Source: Mobula hypostoma
Lineage: Eukaryota
Length of the DNA: 64,000 bases
Direction of reading: 5' to 3'
Assembly: GCF_963921235.1 (NCBI RefSeq)
Contig: NC_086098.1
Location: 4,216,001 to 4,280,000, forward strand
Both the position numbers and the translations under genes were made by a program. Shown here piece by piece: positions 11,876-25,585 of the stretch (positions are counted from its first letter, which is position 1; every line of letters begins with the position of its first letter). Below the pieces are notes generated by a model. The model searched no databases. It was given only the letters and a program-made list of their open reading frames with translations, and had not been told where the DNA came from.

Positions 11876-12272
11876 TTGTTTGTTACGTCTCCCCTCTCAC
11901 TGAGAAACGGAGACACCTCTTTCTCCCTTATAAGGGAGAGAGCGAGCCTGTGGTATGTCGAATACCGGGTGAACAAGTAAACTTTGGGGTAACTGCAAGT
12001 CTGTGTCTTTGCTGTTCCTTTGCTCACACTTGAGTGCTCGGTGGTGGGTGCCAATGCTTTTTTTTGCTGGTGGGGGGAGGAGGGGTCGTTGCTTGCTGCT
12101 TCTTACACGCAGGAGGGAGGGGAGCTGGAGGGGACTTTGGGGTTCTAACATTTAACTGTCATTCATTCTTTGGGGCACTCCTCTGTTTTTGTGGATGTTT
12201 GCGAATAAAAAGCATTTCAGGATGTATATTGTACACATTTCTCTGACATTAAATGTACCTTTGAAATCTTTG
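11876..12272 (+). repeat. Unclassified interspersed repeat with LINE-like 3' end
   Basis: Ends catttctctgacattaaatgtacctttgaaa, similar in style to the Rex1-type tails elsewhere. Confidence 0.35.
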
Positions 12273-12325
12273 ATATGAAATCCTAGTACAGACTGGGCTA
12301 CATAAACCAGTCCAGTGCTTCAATA

Positions 12326-12985
12326 TGCACAAGAGATTCTGCAGATGCTGGAAACCTAGACCAACACACATAAAATGCTGGAGAAACTCAGCAGGTCAGG
12401 CAGCATCTACAGAAATGAATCAACAGTTGAGGTTTGGGGCTGAGGCCCTTCATCAGGACTGGAAAGGAAGGGGGAAGCAGCCAGAATATGAAGGTGGGGT
12501 GGGTGGGCAGGGAAGGGGCATAAAGTGAGAAGCTGGGAGGTGACAGGTGAAACCAGGTGAGGGGGAAGGTGGGTGGGTGGGAGAAGGAAATGAAGTAAGA
12601 AGCTGGGAAGTGATAGGTGGGAAGGTAAAGGGCTGACAAAAAAGGAATCTGACAGAAGAGAGTGGACCATGGGAGAAAGGGAAGGAGGAAGGGCACACAG
12701 AGGAGGTGGTGGGTAGGTGAGGAGAAGAAAATGGGAGAGAGGGCTACTTGAGCGGAAAATAGGAAAAGACAGATGGGGGAAGGCTGAGTAATTACCGGAA
12801 GTCAGAGAAATCAATGTTCATGTCATCAGATTGGGGGCTACCCGGAGAGAAAGTGAGGTGTTGCTCCACCAGCCTTAAAGTGTCCTCATCATGGCAGTAG
12901 AGGAGGTCATGGACTGACGCGTCAGAATGAAAACGGGAAGTTGAATTGAAATGGGTGCCAGCAGGAAATCCCACCATTTGTGATG
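12326..12985 (-). mobile_element. Penelope-like element 3' part (GIY-YIG C-terminus plus pseudo-LTR)
   Basis: AGTHFNSTSRFHSDASVHDLLYCHDEDTLRLVEQHLTF...MNIDFSDFR; degenerate hammerhead at 12425-12460. Confidence 0.88.
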
Positions 12986-13485
12986 GATGCAGCCAAACGA
13001 AGTAGTTCCCTGATCCACATCGGGTTTCCCAACAAAGAGGAAGCCGCAGAAACAGTAGATGATGTGTCAGTGCTGTAGTGAGGGAACAGTATATTTTCCT
13101 CACAAATGAGGTGGTGATCTGAGTGCTTGCGGCATCTGTGGAACAGCAGCACAAGCTTTCACCCTCTTTCTCCAACCTCAGATCAAATCTGCCCAACAGC
13201 TAATTCAATATAATGGTTGATGGTAGGCAATTGGCAGATTTAATGCTGGAAAAAGTTCCCAACTGAACTCCAGTGGATAAGAATGATCTAAAGATTAATA
13301 CGGTCCATGTCTATTAAGCCTTCAGGCAACCAGTAAGTCAATTATTCAAAGATATAGGCAGATAGTTTAAAACTAGACCGATCAAGCCCATGAGTTCTAT
13401 TACCAAAGCACTAAAATATCAATTAACATACATCAAAGTTGCTGGTGAACGCAGCAGGCCAAGCAGCATCTATAGGAAGAGGCGC

Positions 13486-13521
13486 AGTCGACGTTTCAGG
13501 CCGAGACCCTTCGTCAGGACT
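13486..13521 (-). ncRNA. Minimal type-I hammerhead ribozyme motif (intact core) in a Penelope pseudo-LTR fragment (~13427-13552)
   Basis: Reverse complement reads agtc-CTGACGA-agggtctcggcct-GAAA-C-GTC-gact. Confidence 0.78.
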
Positions 13522-13907
13522 AACTGAAGGAAGAGTGAGTAAGGGATTTTATAGACATAAACCACAATACTACAGTAATTATGATCAAGGTGACCTCACA
13601 GTATCTTAAAACAAATGTGCTTTTGTTTCTTAAACAAATCCACCCAGAATGAGGGATTGGGACAAGTAGAAACATAATATTTTTAGTATGAGATTTAAGA
13701 TTTACCCCAAGTAAAGTAAAACTCCAAAAAAAAATTAAAACCACAAAGCTCAAAAAATGCAATAGTACACCCCATTCTATAAAAGAACAAGAAGTGGAAA
13801 TAGGACTGAGTATATCAGTTATAGATGTTGTTTGCTTCATTTACAAACTTCTCCCCTGCTGGGTCTTATCCACACCTTCTTATCCTGACATCTTCCCCTT
13901 TCCTTTC

Positions 13908-13945
13908 CAGTCCTGATGAAGAGTCTTGGCCTGAAATGTTGACTG
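13908..13945 (+). ncRNA. Hammerhead motif (older variant) in a Penelope pseudo-LTR fragment (~13850-14162)
   Basis: cagtc-CTGATGA-agagtcttggcct-GAAA-T-GTT-gactg. Confidence 0.6.
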
Positions 13946-14009
13946 TTTATTTATTTCCATAGATGGTACCTGATCCCTGCTGAGTTGCTCTGGGTGGGTG
14001 GATAGGGGT

Positions 14010-14012
<3 letters not shown>

Positions 14013-14072
<60 letters not shown>

Positions 14073-14099
14073 CGTCAGACAGGGAGAGAGAGAGAGAGA
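14013..14099. repeat. (GT)n microsatellite followed by short (GA)n
   Basis: About 28 GT units, seen directly. Confidence 0.98.
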
Positions 14100-14249
14100 T
14101 ACATAGATAGTGTGTGTGGGTATTTCAAGATTTCTGAGTTCCTCCAGCAATTTGTTTGTTTTACTCGGATGATATCATCACATCACCTTTCTAACTGTTG
14201 CTGTTAATTCTTTACATTCTCCAGAAACATTTTGTAATTGTTTTCTACG

Positions 14250-15545
14250 AAATGTCAAGCCAATTTGCAGGAGGCGAGCAGCTGGGTGACTGTCAGGAGA
14301 AATGGAAGTGTGAATAGGCTGTTGCCACAGAGCACCCCTGTGGCCATTCCCCTCAATAAGTAGTATACCATTTTGGATATTGTTATGCGGGATGAGCTCC
14401 CAGGGGAATGCCACGGAGACCGGGTTACTGGCACTGGGCACGGGTCCGTGGTGCAGAAGCGAAAGAGGGAGAAGAAGGGAGCGGTCGTTATAGGGGACTC
14501 GATAGTGAGGGGAACAGACAGGAGATTCTGTAGATGTGAACGGTATGTTGCCTCCCAGGTGCCAGGGTCAGGGATGTCTCGGATCATGTCCACAGCATTT
14601 TGGAGAGGGAGGAGAGAAGCCAGATGTCTTTCTACATATTGGTACCAATGACCTAGGAAGGAAAAGCAAAGAGGCCCTGAAGAGAGAATTCAGAGAGCTA
14701 GGTAGAAAGCTGAGAAGCAGGGTCTCCCGGATAGTAATTTCTGGATTGCTTCAGGGTAGTAACTACCTGAGTCAAATGCCAGTGAGGGTAGAAACAGGAT
14801 GATTTGGCTGATAAATATGTGACTGAGAACCTGGTGTGGGGGTAGGGTTTCAGGTTCTTAGATCATTGGGATCTTTTCTGGAGGAGGTATGGCCCGTACT
14901 AAAGTGCAGCCCGAGGGGGACTGATATTCTCGCAGGCAGGGTTGTTAAGCTGTTGGGACGGGCTAAGTTAATTTGGCGGGGGTATGGGAACTGGCGTGAA
15001 GGGACTCAGGTTAGGATGGATGGTAAAAAAGCAAAGACAGCATCCAGTCAGACTGTCAGGAAGGGCAGGCAGATGAGAGGACAAAACTGCAGCCAGTAGG
15101 GTGAGTATCAGTGTATCAGGGATGCAGAATCTAAAAGGGTAGGGAAACAATATTCAAAGTGTTATATCTCAAAGCACTGAGTATAAGAAATAAGGTGGTG
15201 ATCTTGTTGCACATTAAAGATTGCCAGGTATGATGTTGTGACTATCACTGAATTGTGACTGAAGGATGGTTGCAGCTGGGAGCTGAATGTCCAAGATTAC
15301 ACATTATATCGGAGGGATAGGACGGTAGGCAGAGGGGGTAGTGTGGCTCTACTGGTAAAGAATGGCATAAAATCATTAGGATGATGTGGCATAGGATTAG
15401 AAGATGTTGAATTCTTGTGGGTTGATTAAGAAACCGCAAAGGTAAAAGGACCCTGATGGCATTTATATACAGGCCTCCCAACGGTGGCTGGGACATGGAC
15501 CACAGATTACAATGGGAAATAGAAAAGGCGTGTCAAAATAGCAAT
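14250..15545 (+). mobile_element. CR1 5' fragment (ORF1 SGNH-esterase-like and start of ORF2 endonuclease)
   Basis: VVIGDSIVRGTDRRFC, HIGTND, IVISGLL; degenerate APE start. Confidence 0.88.
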
Positions 15546-16175
15546 GTTAATAAAGTGGCCACTGAGTGTAAATCTTACTCTGAACAGGAATGCTGTGACA
15601 ATCTTCTTTAAATGAGAAAATGTTTGATGTCTATACAGCTGAATGATCACAATTGTACATGTGAATTGTTTGACTTTGTAATCCAGACATTCCTTCCTCA
15701 ATATCTTGAATAACCCAATTAACAAAGCAGAATATTTCAAAGAAAGCTTATCAAATGAAAATTAATAGTCAATAAATAATTAATAAAATGACTTGAGCCT
15801 ATTTGGGAAGAACTTCAGAGTCTTAGAAGACAGGCAGTGAGTCAGATGAGGTCTTTCTCTGACATTAAAGAGAGGTTCAGTTGCTCGATTACAGACCAAT
15901 GTGGTCATGCTGGAAATGAGTCCCCTCTCCCAAATACCACTGCTCCAAACTGCAGCAAAGTGTGATGAAACGAAGATAGAGCATAAAACAGAACAGCACA
16001 ATACAGGCCCTTCAGCCCATGATATTGTGCTGACCTTTTAATCTGCTTTAAGATCAAACTGACCCTTTCCTCCCACACAGCCCTCCATTTTAATTCAAAC
16101 ATTTTGAAAAGACAATTGACAGTTAGTATACATATGAAATTTAAATCCACAATGGTCTCACAATAACGTGACAAA

Positions 16176-19100
16176 TATAAGACCATAAGATATAGCAGCA
16201 GAAATAGGCCATTTGACCCATCAAGTTTGCTCCACCATTCAATCATGGGCTGATCCAATTCTTCCAGTCATCCCCACTCCCCTGCCTTCTCCCCAGAACC
16301 TTTGATGCTCTATCTCCGCCTCAAATGCACCCGATGACTTGGCCTCCACAGCTGCTCGTGGCAACAAATTCCACAGATTTACCACCCTCTGACTAAAGTA
16401 ATTTCTCTGCAACTCAAATTCCAAATGGACGTCCTTCCATCCTGAAGTCCTAGACTCCCCTGCCATAGGAAATAACTTTGCCACATCTAATCTGTTCAGG
16501 CCTTTTAACATTTGTAATGTTTCTATGAGATTCCCCCTCATTCTCTTGAACTCCAGGGAATACAGCCCAAGAGCTGCCAGACATTTCTCATACGGTAACC
16601 CTTTCATTCCTGGAATCATTCTCGTGAATTTTCTCTGAATCCTCTCCAATGTAAGTATACCCTTTCTAAAATAAGGAGCCTAAAACTGCACACAATACTC
16701 CAAGTGTGGTCTCACGAGTGCCTTATAGAGCCTCAACATCACATCCCTGCTCTTATATTCTATACCTCTAGAAATGAATGCCAACATTGCATTTGCCTTC
16801 TTCACCACCAACTCAACCTGGAGGTTAACCTTAAGGGTATCCTGCACGAGGACTCCCAAATCCCTTTGCACCTTTGCATTTTGAAATCTCTCCCCATCTA
16901 AATAACAGTCTGCCAGTTTATTTCTTCCACCAAAGTGCATGACCATACACTTTCCAACATTGTATTTCATTTGCCACTTCTTGGCCCATTCCCCTAAATT
17001 ATCAAAGTCTTTCTGCAGGCTCCCTGTTTCCTCAACACTACCCGCTCCTCCACCTATCTTTGTAACATCGGCAAATTTAGCCACAAATCCATTAATCCCA
17101 TAGTCCAAGTCATTGATGTACATCGAAAAAAGCAGCAGTCCCAACACCGACCCCTATGGAACTCCACTGGTAACCAGCAGCCAGCCAGAATAGAATCCCT
17201 TTATTCGCACTCTCTGTTTTCTGCCGATCAGCCGATGCTCCACCCATTCTAGTAACTTCCCTGTAATTCCATGGGCTCTTACCTTGTTAAGCAGCCTCAT
17301 GTGCGGCACCTTGTTGAAGGCCTTCTGAAAATCCAAGTACACCACATCTACTGCACCTCCTTTGTCTAACCTGCTTGAAATTTCCTCAAAAAATTGCAGT
17401 AGGATTGTCAGGCAGGATTTTCCTTTCAGGAAACCATGCTGCTTTGGACTATCTTGTTATGTGCTTCTAGGTACTCCGTATTCCTATCCCTAACAATCGA
17501 TCCCAACAACCTCCCAACCACTGATGTCAGGCTAACTGGTCTATACTTTCCTTTCTGCTGCCTCAAACCCTTCTTAAGTAGCGGGGTAACATTTGCAATT
17601 TTCGAGTCATCCGGTACAATGCCAGAATCTATCGATTCTTGAAAGATCATTGTTAATGCCTCCGCAATCTCTCCAGCTACTTCCTTCAGAACCAAAGGGT
17701 GCATTCCATCAGGTCCAGGAGATTTATCCACCCTCAGACCATTAAGCTTCCTGAGCACCTTCTCAGTCGTAATTCTCACTGCACATATTTCACTTCCCTG
17801 ACACTCGTGAATGTCCAGTATACTGCAGATGTCTTCCACTGTGAAGACTGATGCAAAATATGCATTCAGTTCCTCTGCCATCTCTGCATCTCTCATTACA
17901 ATATCTCCAGCATCATTTTCTATTGATCCTATATCTACCCTCAACTCTGTTTCACCCCTTATATATTTAAAAAAAACGCTTTTAGTATCTTCTTTGATAT
18001 TAGTTACTAGCTTCCTTTCATAATTGATCTTTTCTTTCCTAACGATCTTCTTAGTTTCCTTGTGCAAGTTTTTAAAAGCTTCCCAATCCTCTCTCTTCCC
18101 ACTACCTTTGGCTTCCTTGTATGCCCTCTCTTTTGCTTTTACTTTGGCTATGACTTCACTTGTCAGCCACGGTAGTGTCCTTCTTCCATTCGAAAATTTC
18201 TTATTAGGAATATATCTGTCTTGCACTTCCCTCATTTTTTGAAGAAACTCTAACCATTGCTGCTCTGCTGTCCTTCCTGTTTGTGTCCCTTTCCAGTCAA
18301 CTTTGGCCAGTTCCCCTCTCATGCCATTGTAATTTCCTTTATTCCACTAAATTACCGACACATTGGAATTTAGCTGCTTCTTCTCAAATTTCAATGTGAA
18401 CTCGATCATATTGTGATCACTGTTCCCTAAAGGTTCCTTAACCTTAAGCTCTCTTATCACCACTGGATCATTGCACAACACCCAATCCAGCACAGCCGAT
18501 ACCCTAGTGGGCTCAACAACAAGCTGTTCTAAAAAGCCATCTCTTACACATTCTACAAGTTCTCTCTCTTGAGGTCCAGTACTGGTCTGGTTTTTCCAAT
18601 CCACTTTCATGTTAAAATCACCAACAATTATCATGACAATACCGTTCTGACATGCCTTTTCTATCTCCTGCTGTAATTTGTAATCCACATCCCGACTGCT
18701 GTTTGGAGCCCTGTATACAACTGCCATTAGGGTCCTTTTACCCTTGTCATTTCTTAACTCAACCCATGGAGACTCTACACCTTCCGATCCTATGTCATCC
18801 CTTTCTAATGATTTAATATTATTTTTTATACACAGGGCCACACCACCCCTCTGCCTACCAAACTATCTTTCTGATACACTGTATACCCTTGGACGCTCAG
18901 CTCCCAATGGCAGCCATCCTTTAGCCAAGTTTCAGAGATGGCCACAACGTCATACTTGCCCATCTGCAGCTGAATTTCAAGATCGCCCATTTTATTTCTT
19001 ATGCTGCATGCATTCAAATATAACGTTTTCAGTCCAGTATTTGTTCCTTTCTGTTTTAATTGCACCATGCCTCTATTGCCCTGTAACTCATCCCACTGGC

Positions 19101-19925
19101 TGTGATTGTGCCTCATCTCCTGCCTGTCCTTTCTAGCATCTCTGTTGCATGCTATCTTTGATTAATTTCTGTTTTCCCCTTCCACAGCCCTATCACTCCA
19201 GTTCCCATCCCCCTGCCAAATTAGTTTAAACCCTCACTAACAGCTGTATTAAACTTGCCTGCTAGGATATTGGACCCTTTTGAGTTCAGGTGTAACCCAT
19301 CCTTTTTGTACAGGTCGTACCTCCCCCAGAAGATGCCCCATTGATCCAGAAACCTCAAGCCCTGCCCCCTACACCAGTCTCTCAGCCATGCATTAATATG
19401 CCTGATCATGCTATTCTGTGCTCATTAGCACGTGGCACAGGCAGCAATCCTGAGATTACTACCCTGGAGGTCCTGCTTTTCAGCTTCCTACCCAACTCAC
19501 TGAAGTCTCTCTTCAGGACCTCCTCCCTTTTTCTACCTATGTCATTGTCAACATGTACCAAGACTTCTGGCTGTTCACCCTCTCCTTCAGAGTACTCTGC
19601 ACCTGATCCAAGACATCCCGGACCCTGCACCTAAGAGGCAACACACCATGTGGGTATCTCTATCAGGCTGACAGAACCTCCTGTCTGTTCCCCTCACTGT
19701 GGAATCCCCTATGACTACCGCATTCCAGATCTTTCTCTTTCCCTTCTGCACCACGGAACCAGCTTGGTGACAGAGACCCGATCACCGTGGTCATCCTCTG
19801 TCAGGTCACCCCCCTCAGCAGCATCCAAAACGAGATAACGATTACTGAGGGGGATGGCCACAGGGGTGCTCTCTACTATCTGAGCTCTTCCCTTCCCTGA
19901 CAGTCACACACTTATCTAACTCCTG
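16176..19925 (-). mobile_element. Near full-length degenerate CR1 LINE
   Basis: Esterase ORF1 (VISGLLPVP, DGLHLN), APE (YLNACSI, GDFN, SDHN), RT (KSPGPDG, YRPVSLTS, KFADVTK) and 3' tail, in order. Confidence 0.94.
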
Positions 19926-19959
19926 CAGTTAAAATATAAAATCTGACCAGGGACAAAAA

Positions 19960-21190
19960 TGTCAATTAGATGAACTTGGAGTACTGTGTGCATTTCTGGT
20001 CACCACCTGACAAAAATATCAGTCAGATTGAAAGAGTACAGAGAAAATTTACAAGGGTTTTTGCTGAGACTTGAGGTCCTGAGTTATAGGGAAAAGTTGA
20101 ATAAGTTAGGATTTTATTCCCTTACCTGAGAAGATGTAACGTGCGTGAACCTCATAGTGGGCAGGCTACAGGACACAGCAAAAGTCAATGTTTGTCTCTA
20201 TTTCCCTGATTAAAGCTCCCGTTGTTCACTGATTAAAGCAACGAGAGTGATTGAAACGTCAGGGCAAGTGTGGAGGGTGAGCACTGGTTGTTTGTCTTTT
20301 CATCGCTCTGCTACGCTACGAGAGAGGGGAGAGCCTGCTGCTGCAGAGAGTGTTGCCCAGGTTTTTTCTGTGTTTTGGATGTGCACTTGGACTGTAAATT
20401 CTTTTTTGCAGTTTTATAGTTTTTGTATTCTGTGTTTTTCCCCTGGTCTTTCTGGGAGTTTCTTTGTGCGGGGCGTGGGATTTAGAAGTTGATGTGTTTG
20501 AACCCTTTTGTTTGTTTTTTTGTGCAGGAGGGGGGATTTGGGAGTCGATGTGCCTGATCTGTTTTGCTTGGTGTTTGTGTGGGAGGTGGGATTAGGGGGT
20601 CGATACGCCTGATCTGTTTTGCTTGGTTTTGTGTGGGAGGTGGGATTAGGGGGTCGACATGCCTGATCTGTTTTTACTCGGTTTTTGTACTGAAGATGAG
20701 ATTTGTGGGCTGATGATTGTGCTGCCTTTCTTTTTTTTTGGTCTCATGGCCAACCAGAGAACTGTAGGATTTCAGAGTTGTATACTTTGATAATAAAAAG
20801 AACCTTTGAACCGAGAGCATGGGAGAATGAGGGGAGAGTTAAAAGAGGTATACAAAATTATAGAGGTATAGATAGAGTAAATGCAGGTAGGCTGAGGTTG
20901 GGTGAGACAAGGATGAGAGGTCATAAGTTAAGGGTGAAGGTGAAATATTTAGGGAGAACATGAGGAGGAACTTCTTTCCTTTGAGGGTGGTGCTGCCAGC
21001 AGAGGAGAAAGATGTGGGTTTGATTTGAACATTTAGGAGAGATTTGGATTGGTACATGGATGGTAGGGGTATGGAGGGCTATGGTCCGGGTGCAGATTGC
21101 TGGGACTTCGCAGAATAATAGCTTGGCATGGACGAGTTGGTCCAAAAAGCCCTTTTTCTGTGCTGCAGTACTTTACGACTCTCTGACTAT
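19960..21190 (+). mobile_element. CR1 3' fragment interrupted by an unclassified repeat (~20125-20812)
   Basis: ttggagtactgtgtgcatttctggtcacc...; the CR1 resumes at agagcatgggagaatgagggga. Confidence 0.65.
20519..20690. repeat. Tandem repeat, ~54-bp unit x3
   Basis: gggattagggggtcgat(a/g)cgcctgatctgttttgcttggttttgtgtgggaggt repeated. Confidence 0.85.
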
Positions 21191-21404
21191 GACTATGAAT
21201 ATGAATTCTACAATTCAGGAAGGCAGCATGTTTAATTTTCATGCATAGCAGTCAGTGACTATCAGATCAAGAGCAAAAGTAAGGAAAATTAGCTCAAGTG
21301 TCCAGATAGGGATTACCTGTTCCTAGGTGCTACGTAGCTACCTACCGAGCATTTGCAGTGAGACCATAAGACGTAGGAGAATAGTTTTCGAGCATTCAGC
21401 CCAG

Positions 21405-24400
21405 CAAGAAGATTAGAGAGTTTAAGTGCATGGTTCAAGGATTGGTGTGGGAGAAGTTGGTTTAAAATCATGAGAAACTGGCACCACTATTGGGGAAGGA
21501 GGCAGCTGTTACTTTGGGACAGGCTCCACCTGAATTGTGACGGGACCTGATTCCTAGCGAATTGCCTAACGAGGGCTGTGGATAGGGATTTAAACTAAAT
21601 AGTAGGGGGATGGGTTCAACAGATTGAAGAAGAATGGATAAGGTCAAAGAGAAAAGTGTGGAAAAAGATGAAGTGAAAGCAAAAGTTAAAAAAGTTAAGT
21701 AGGGGTGGGGTGCTGAAAAGTCAAGTGCAAAAGAGGCAAAGATTTTAAAAGCACACTGAGTGTAAGGGCACTTTATCTGAATGCCCGTAGTATTCGAAGC
21801 AAAGTCAGTGAATTTGAGGCACAAATCAGCATAAAGGGGTATGATTTAGTGACCATTACAGAAACATGATTCCAGGGTGGAGAGGATTGGGAATTAAATA
21901 TCCAAGGATATCAGGTAGTATGGAAGGATAGGCAGGATAGCACTCTTGATTAAGGATGAGTTCAGGGCAATAGTGAGAGACGATATAAGATCGAAGGAGC
22001 AGAATGTTGAATCCATCTGAGCAGAGATTAAGAATAGTAAAGGGAAAAAAAACCACTGGTGGGAGTTGTCTATCGGTCACCGAATAATAACGTTAAAGTG
22101 GCACAGGCAATGAACAGAAATATCTGAGGCATGTAAGAATGGAACAGCAGTTATCTTGGGGGGCTTTAACTTGCACATAGATTGGGTGAATCAAGTTGGT
22201 CGAGGCAGTCTTGAGGACTTCACGGAATGCATAGACTGCATCCATGATGGCTTTCTTGAACAGCATGTTACTGAACCTACAAGGGAACATGCTATCTCAG
22301 ATCTCCTCCTGTGCAACGAGACACATAAAATTAGCAATCTTATAGTTAGGGATCCTCTTGGAAAGAGTGATCACAGAATGACTGATTTTCTCATACAAAT
22401 GGAGTATGTAATAGTCTGAACTAAAACCAGAGTATTATGCCAAAACAAGGGAGACTACAACGGGATGAGGGAGGAGTTGGATAAGGTAGACTGGGAACAC
22501 AGGCTAAATGGTGGGATGGTTGAGGAACAGTGGGAGACTTTCAAAGAGATTATTCATGGTGCTCATCAAAAGTATATTCCAGTTAAAAGCAAGGGCAGTA
22601 AGGGTGGGGAGAGCCAGCCATGGATAACTAAGGAAATAAAAGAAGGCATTAAACTAAAGGCTCATGCCTACAAAGTCACCAAGAGTAGTGGGAAACTGGA
22701 AGATTGGGAAAACTTTAAAAAGCAACAAGGAACCACTAAATGAGCAATAAAGAAAGGGAAGATATCATTTGCTACATACAACTTTTGGTTCTACAGAGCA
22801 ACCCCCACAAGTTGCTCCGATACTGTCTACTGTACTGGCTGCATATGGTAAAGGTCACGAAGCCTCAACTTACTATTCAGCTTTAACACAAAAGGGACAA
22901 ATTTCCGTTGGGTCTTAAAAGGGCATGGGAAAAAGACCTGAGTGTGACTTTTGAGAAAAAGGAGTAAGAGAAAATTTGCAAAAATGTCAAAACAATGTCA
23001 AGAGACCTTATTCAGTTTAAGACTCTACACCGTTTCTATTGGACTCCAGCAAGGTTACATAGATTAGGGTTGAAAAACACCCCTGAATGCTGGCGCTATA
23101 AGGCGGATAAAGGGGACTTAGTACATGCTCTCTGGTCCTGTCCCAGAATTCAAGAATTTGGATTAGGGTACATAAGTATATTGGTGAAGTTTCGGGTATT
23201 CAACTCCCTTTCTGCCCCAGACTTTTCGTCTTGGGAGACGCAATTGGGGTACTTGGGGATAAAGACTCTCAAAATTGGATCCAGATAGGTATAATGGTAG
23301 GAAGACAAATCATACTTAGAGGCTGGAGAACTTGGGGGGAACCATCATTTCAGGAGTGGGTCACAGTAAGAGCAAAGTGGCAGCTTTTGAATGTATGTCT
23401 TACAGTTTGATAGATTGGACATCTATACACAAAAATGGGGCAAATATTTATGTTTCCTGGGGGGGGATAGCAGTGAATGTAGTGGTGAAGCATATTGCTG
23501 AATGGCAGTCTTTTCTGTTATTAAAGGTCTAATAGACCCATATGGTTATTATATTGATATTTATTTCTGCCATGTTTGTTTTTTTATTTTATGGACAATT
23601 TTATGTTTTGTAAGCTATGATTTACCTAACTTCAACACTGACTCAAGGGTCCAGGGAAAATATAGTGAAAGAATTCAATAAAATTTAAATCATTAAAAAA
23701 AAGAAAGGGGAGATAGATTTTGAAAGTAAACTAGCATAAAATATAAAAACAGATAGTAAAAGTTTTCTATAATTATATGAAGTGGAAAAAGGTGGCTAAA
23801 GTGGACGCGAGTCACTTACAGGACGATAAGGGGGACTTGATATTGGGTAATGAGGAAATGGCTAAGGCTTTGAATGACCATTTTGTGTTAGTTTTCACGG
23901 TGGAGGACATGTCTAACATGCCGAAGAGAGATGTTACGGATGTGATAGGAGGTGAAGACCTCGATACAGTAGCTATCACTAAAGAGGTAGTGCTGAGAAA
24001 ACCTGTGGGGCCTGAAGACAGACAAGTCCTCTGGTCCTGATGGAATGCATCCCAGGGTACTGAAAGAAATGACTGAGGTTATAGTAGAGGCTTTGGTGAC
24101 AATTTACCAAAAGTCTCTGGACTCTGGGCTGGTAGATAGGAAGAAGACAAATTTCACACCACTATTCAAAAAAGGATTTAGGTAAAAGGCAGATAACTAT
24201 AGACCAGTTAGTTTAACATCTGTAGCTGGGAAAATGCTTGAAGCTATCATCAAAGAAGAAATAGCAAGGCATCTGGAAAGAAATAGATCCATCAGGCAGA
24301 CACAGCATGGATTCAGTAAAGGCAGGTCCTGTTTGATAAACTTACTGGAGTTCTTTGAGAATATAGTGAGCACAGTGGATAGAGGGGAACAGAGGGACGT

Positions 24401-25585
24401 CACTTACTTGGATTTCCAGAAGGCGTTTGATACGGTGCCACATAAAAGACTTATCCATAAGATAAGAATGCATAGAGTTGGGCTGATGTATTAGCATGGA
24501 TAGAGGATTGATTAACTAGTAGAAAGCAGAGAGTTGGTATACATGGGTGTTATTCTGGTTGGCAATCAGTGGTGAGTGGTGTGCCACAGGGATCGGTGCT
24601 GGGCCTGCAACTGTTCACAATTTACATTAACGATTTGGAAGAGTGGACCCAGTGTTGTATATCTAAGTTTGATGATGATGCAAAACTTGTGCAGCGGATA
24701 TGTAGAGTCTGTAAAGGGATATAAATAGGTTAAGTGAGTGGGCAAGGGTCTGGCAGATGGAGTACAATGTTGGTAAATGCAAGGTCATCCACTTTAGAAG
24801 GAAAAATGGAAGATCAGATTATTACGTAAATGATTAAAGATTGCAGCATGCTGTCGTGCAGAAGGACTGGAGAGTACTTGTGCATGAATCACACAAGGTT
24901 GGTTTGCAGGTGCAGCAGGTTATCAAGAAAGCAAATGGAATGTTGGCTTTCACTGCTAAAAGGTTTGAATTTAAGAGCAGGGAGGTTATGCTGCAACTGT
25001 ACAGGGTACTGGTGAGGCTGCACCTGGAGTACTGTGTGCAGATCTGGTCTCCTTACTTGAGGAAGGATATACTGGCTTTGGAGGCGGTGCAGAGGAGGTT
25101 CACCAGGTTGATTCCAGAGATGAGGGGATTAGACTATGAAGAGAGATTGAGTCGCCTGGGATTGTACTCGAGGGAAATCAGCGGAATGAGAGGAGATCTT
25201 ATAGAAACATATAAAGTTATGAAAGGGATAGATAAAATAGAGGCAGGAAAGTTGTTTCCACTGGTAAGTGAAACTAGAACTAGGGGACATAGCCTCAAGA
25301 TTCAGAGGAGTAGGTTTAGGGCAGAGATGAGGAGGAACTGCTCTTCCCAGAGAGTGGGGAATCTATGGAATTTTCTGCCCAATGAAGCAGTAGTGGATAC
25401 CTCAGTAAATATGTTTAAGACAAGTTTGGATAGATTTTTGCATAGCAAGGGAATTAATGGTTATGGGAAAGAAGGCAGGTAGGTGGAGATGAGTCCATGG
25501 TCAGATCAGCCACGACCTTATTGAATGGTGGGGCAGGCTCGACAGGCTAGATGACCGACTCCTGCTCCTATTTCTTATGTTCTTA
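21405..25585 (+). mobile_element. Long CR1 LINE (ORF1 end, APE, RT, 3' UTR) with nested L1 fragment
   Basis: GGFNLHIDW, KSDH, QHGFSKGRSC, DFQKAFD, LVRLHLEYC; tcttatgttctt tail. Confidence 0.93.
22765..23699 (+). mobile_element. 5'-truncated L1-clade LINE (ORF2 C-terminal Cys-rich region, 3' UTR, polyA)
   Basis: QFKTLHRFYWTPARLHRLG...CWR...HALWSCP; AATAAA and A tail; 16-bp TSD aaagaaaggg(a/g)agata at 22749-22764 and 23700-23715. Confidence 0.88.

Noticed and set aside
13947..14207. His-Thr and Cys-Val repeat ORFs
   Set aside because: Translations of the (GT)n microsatellite.
20519..20690. Repeat array as a CRISPR-like locus
   Set aside because: Units are tandem with no unique spacers, the context is eukaryotic and there are no cas genes.
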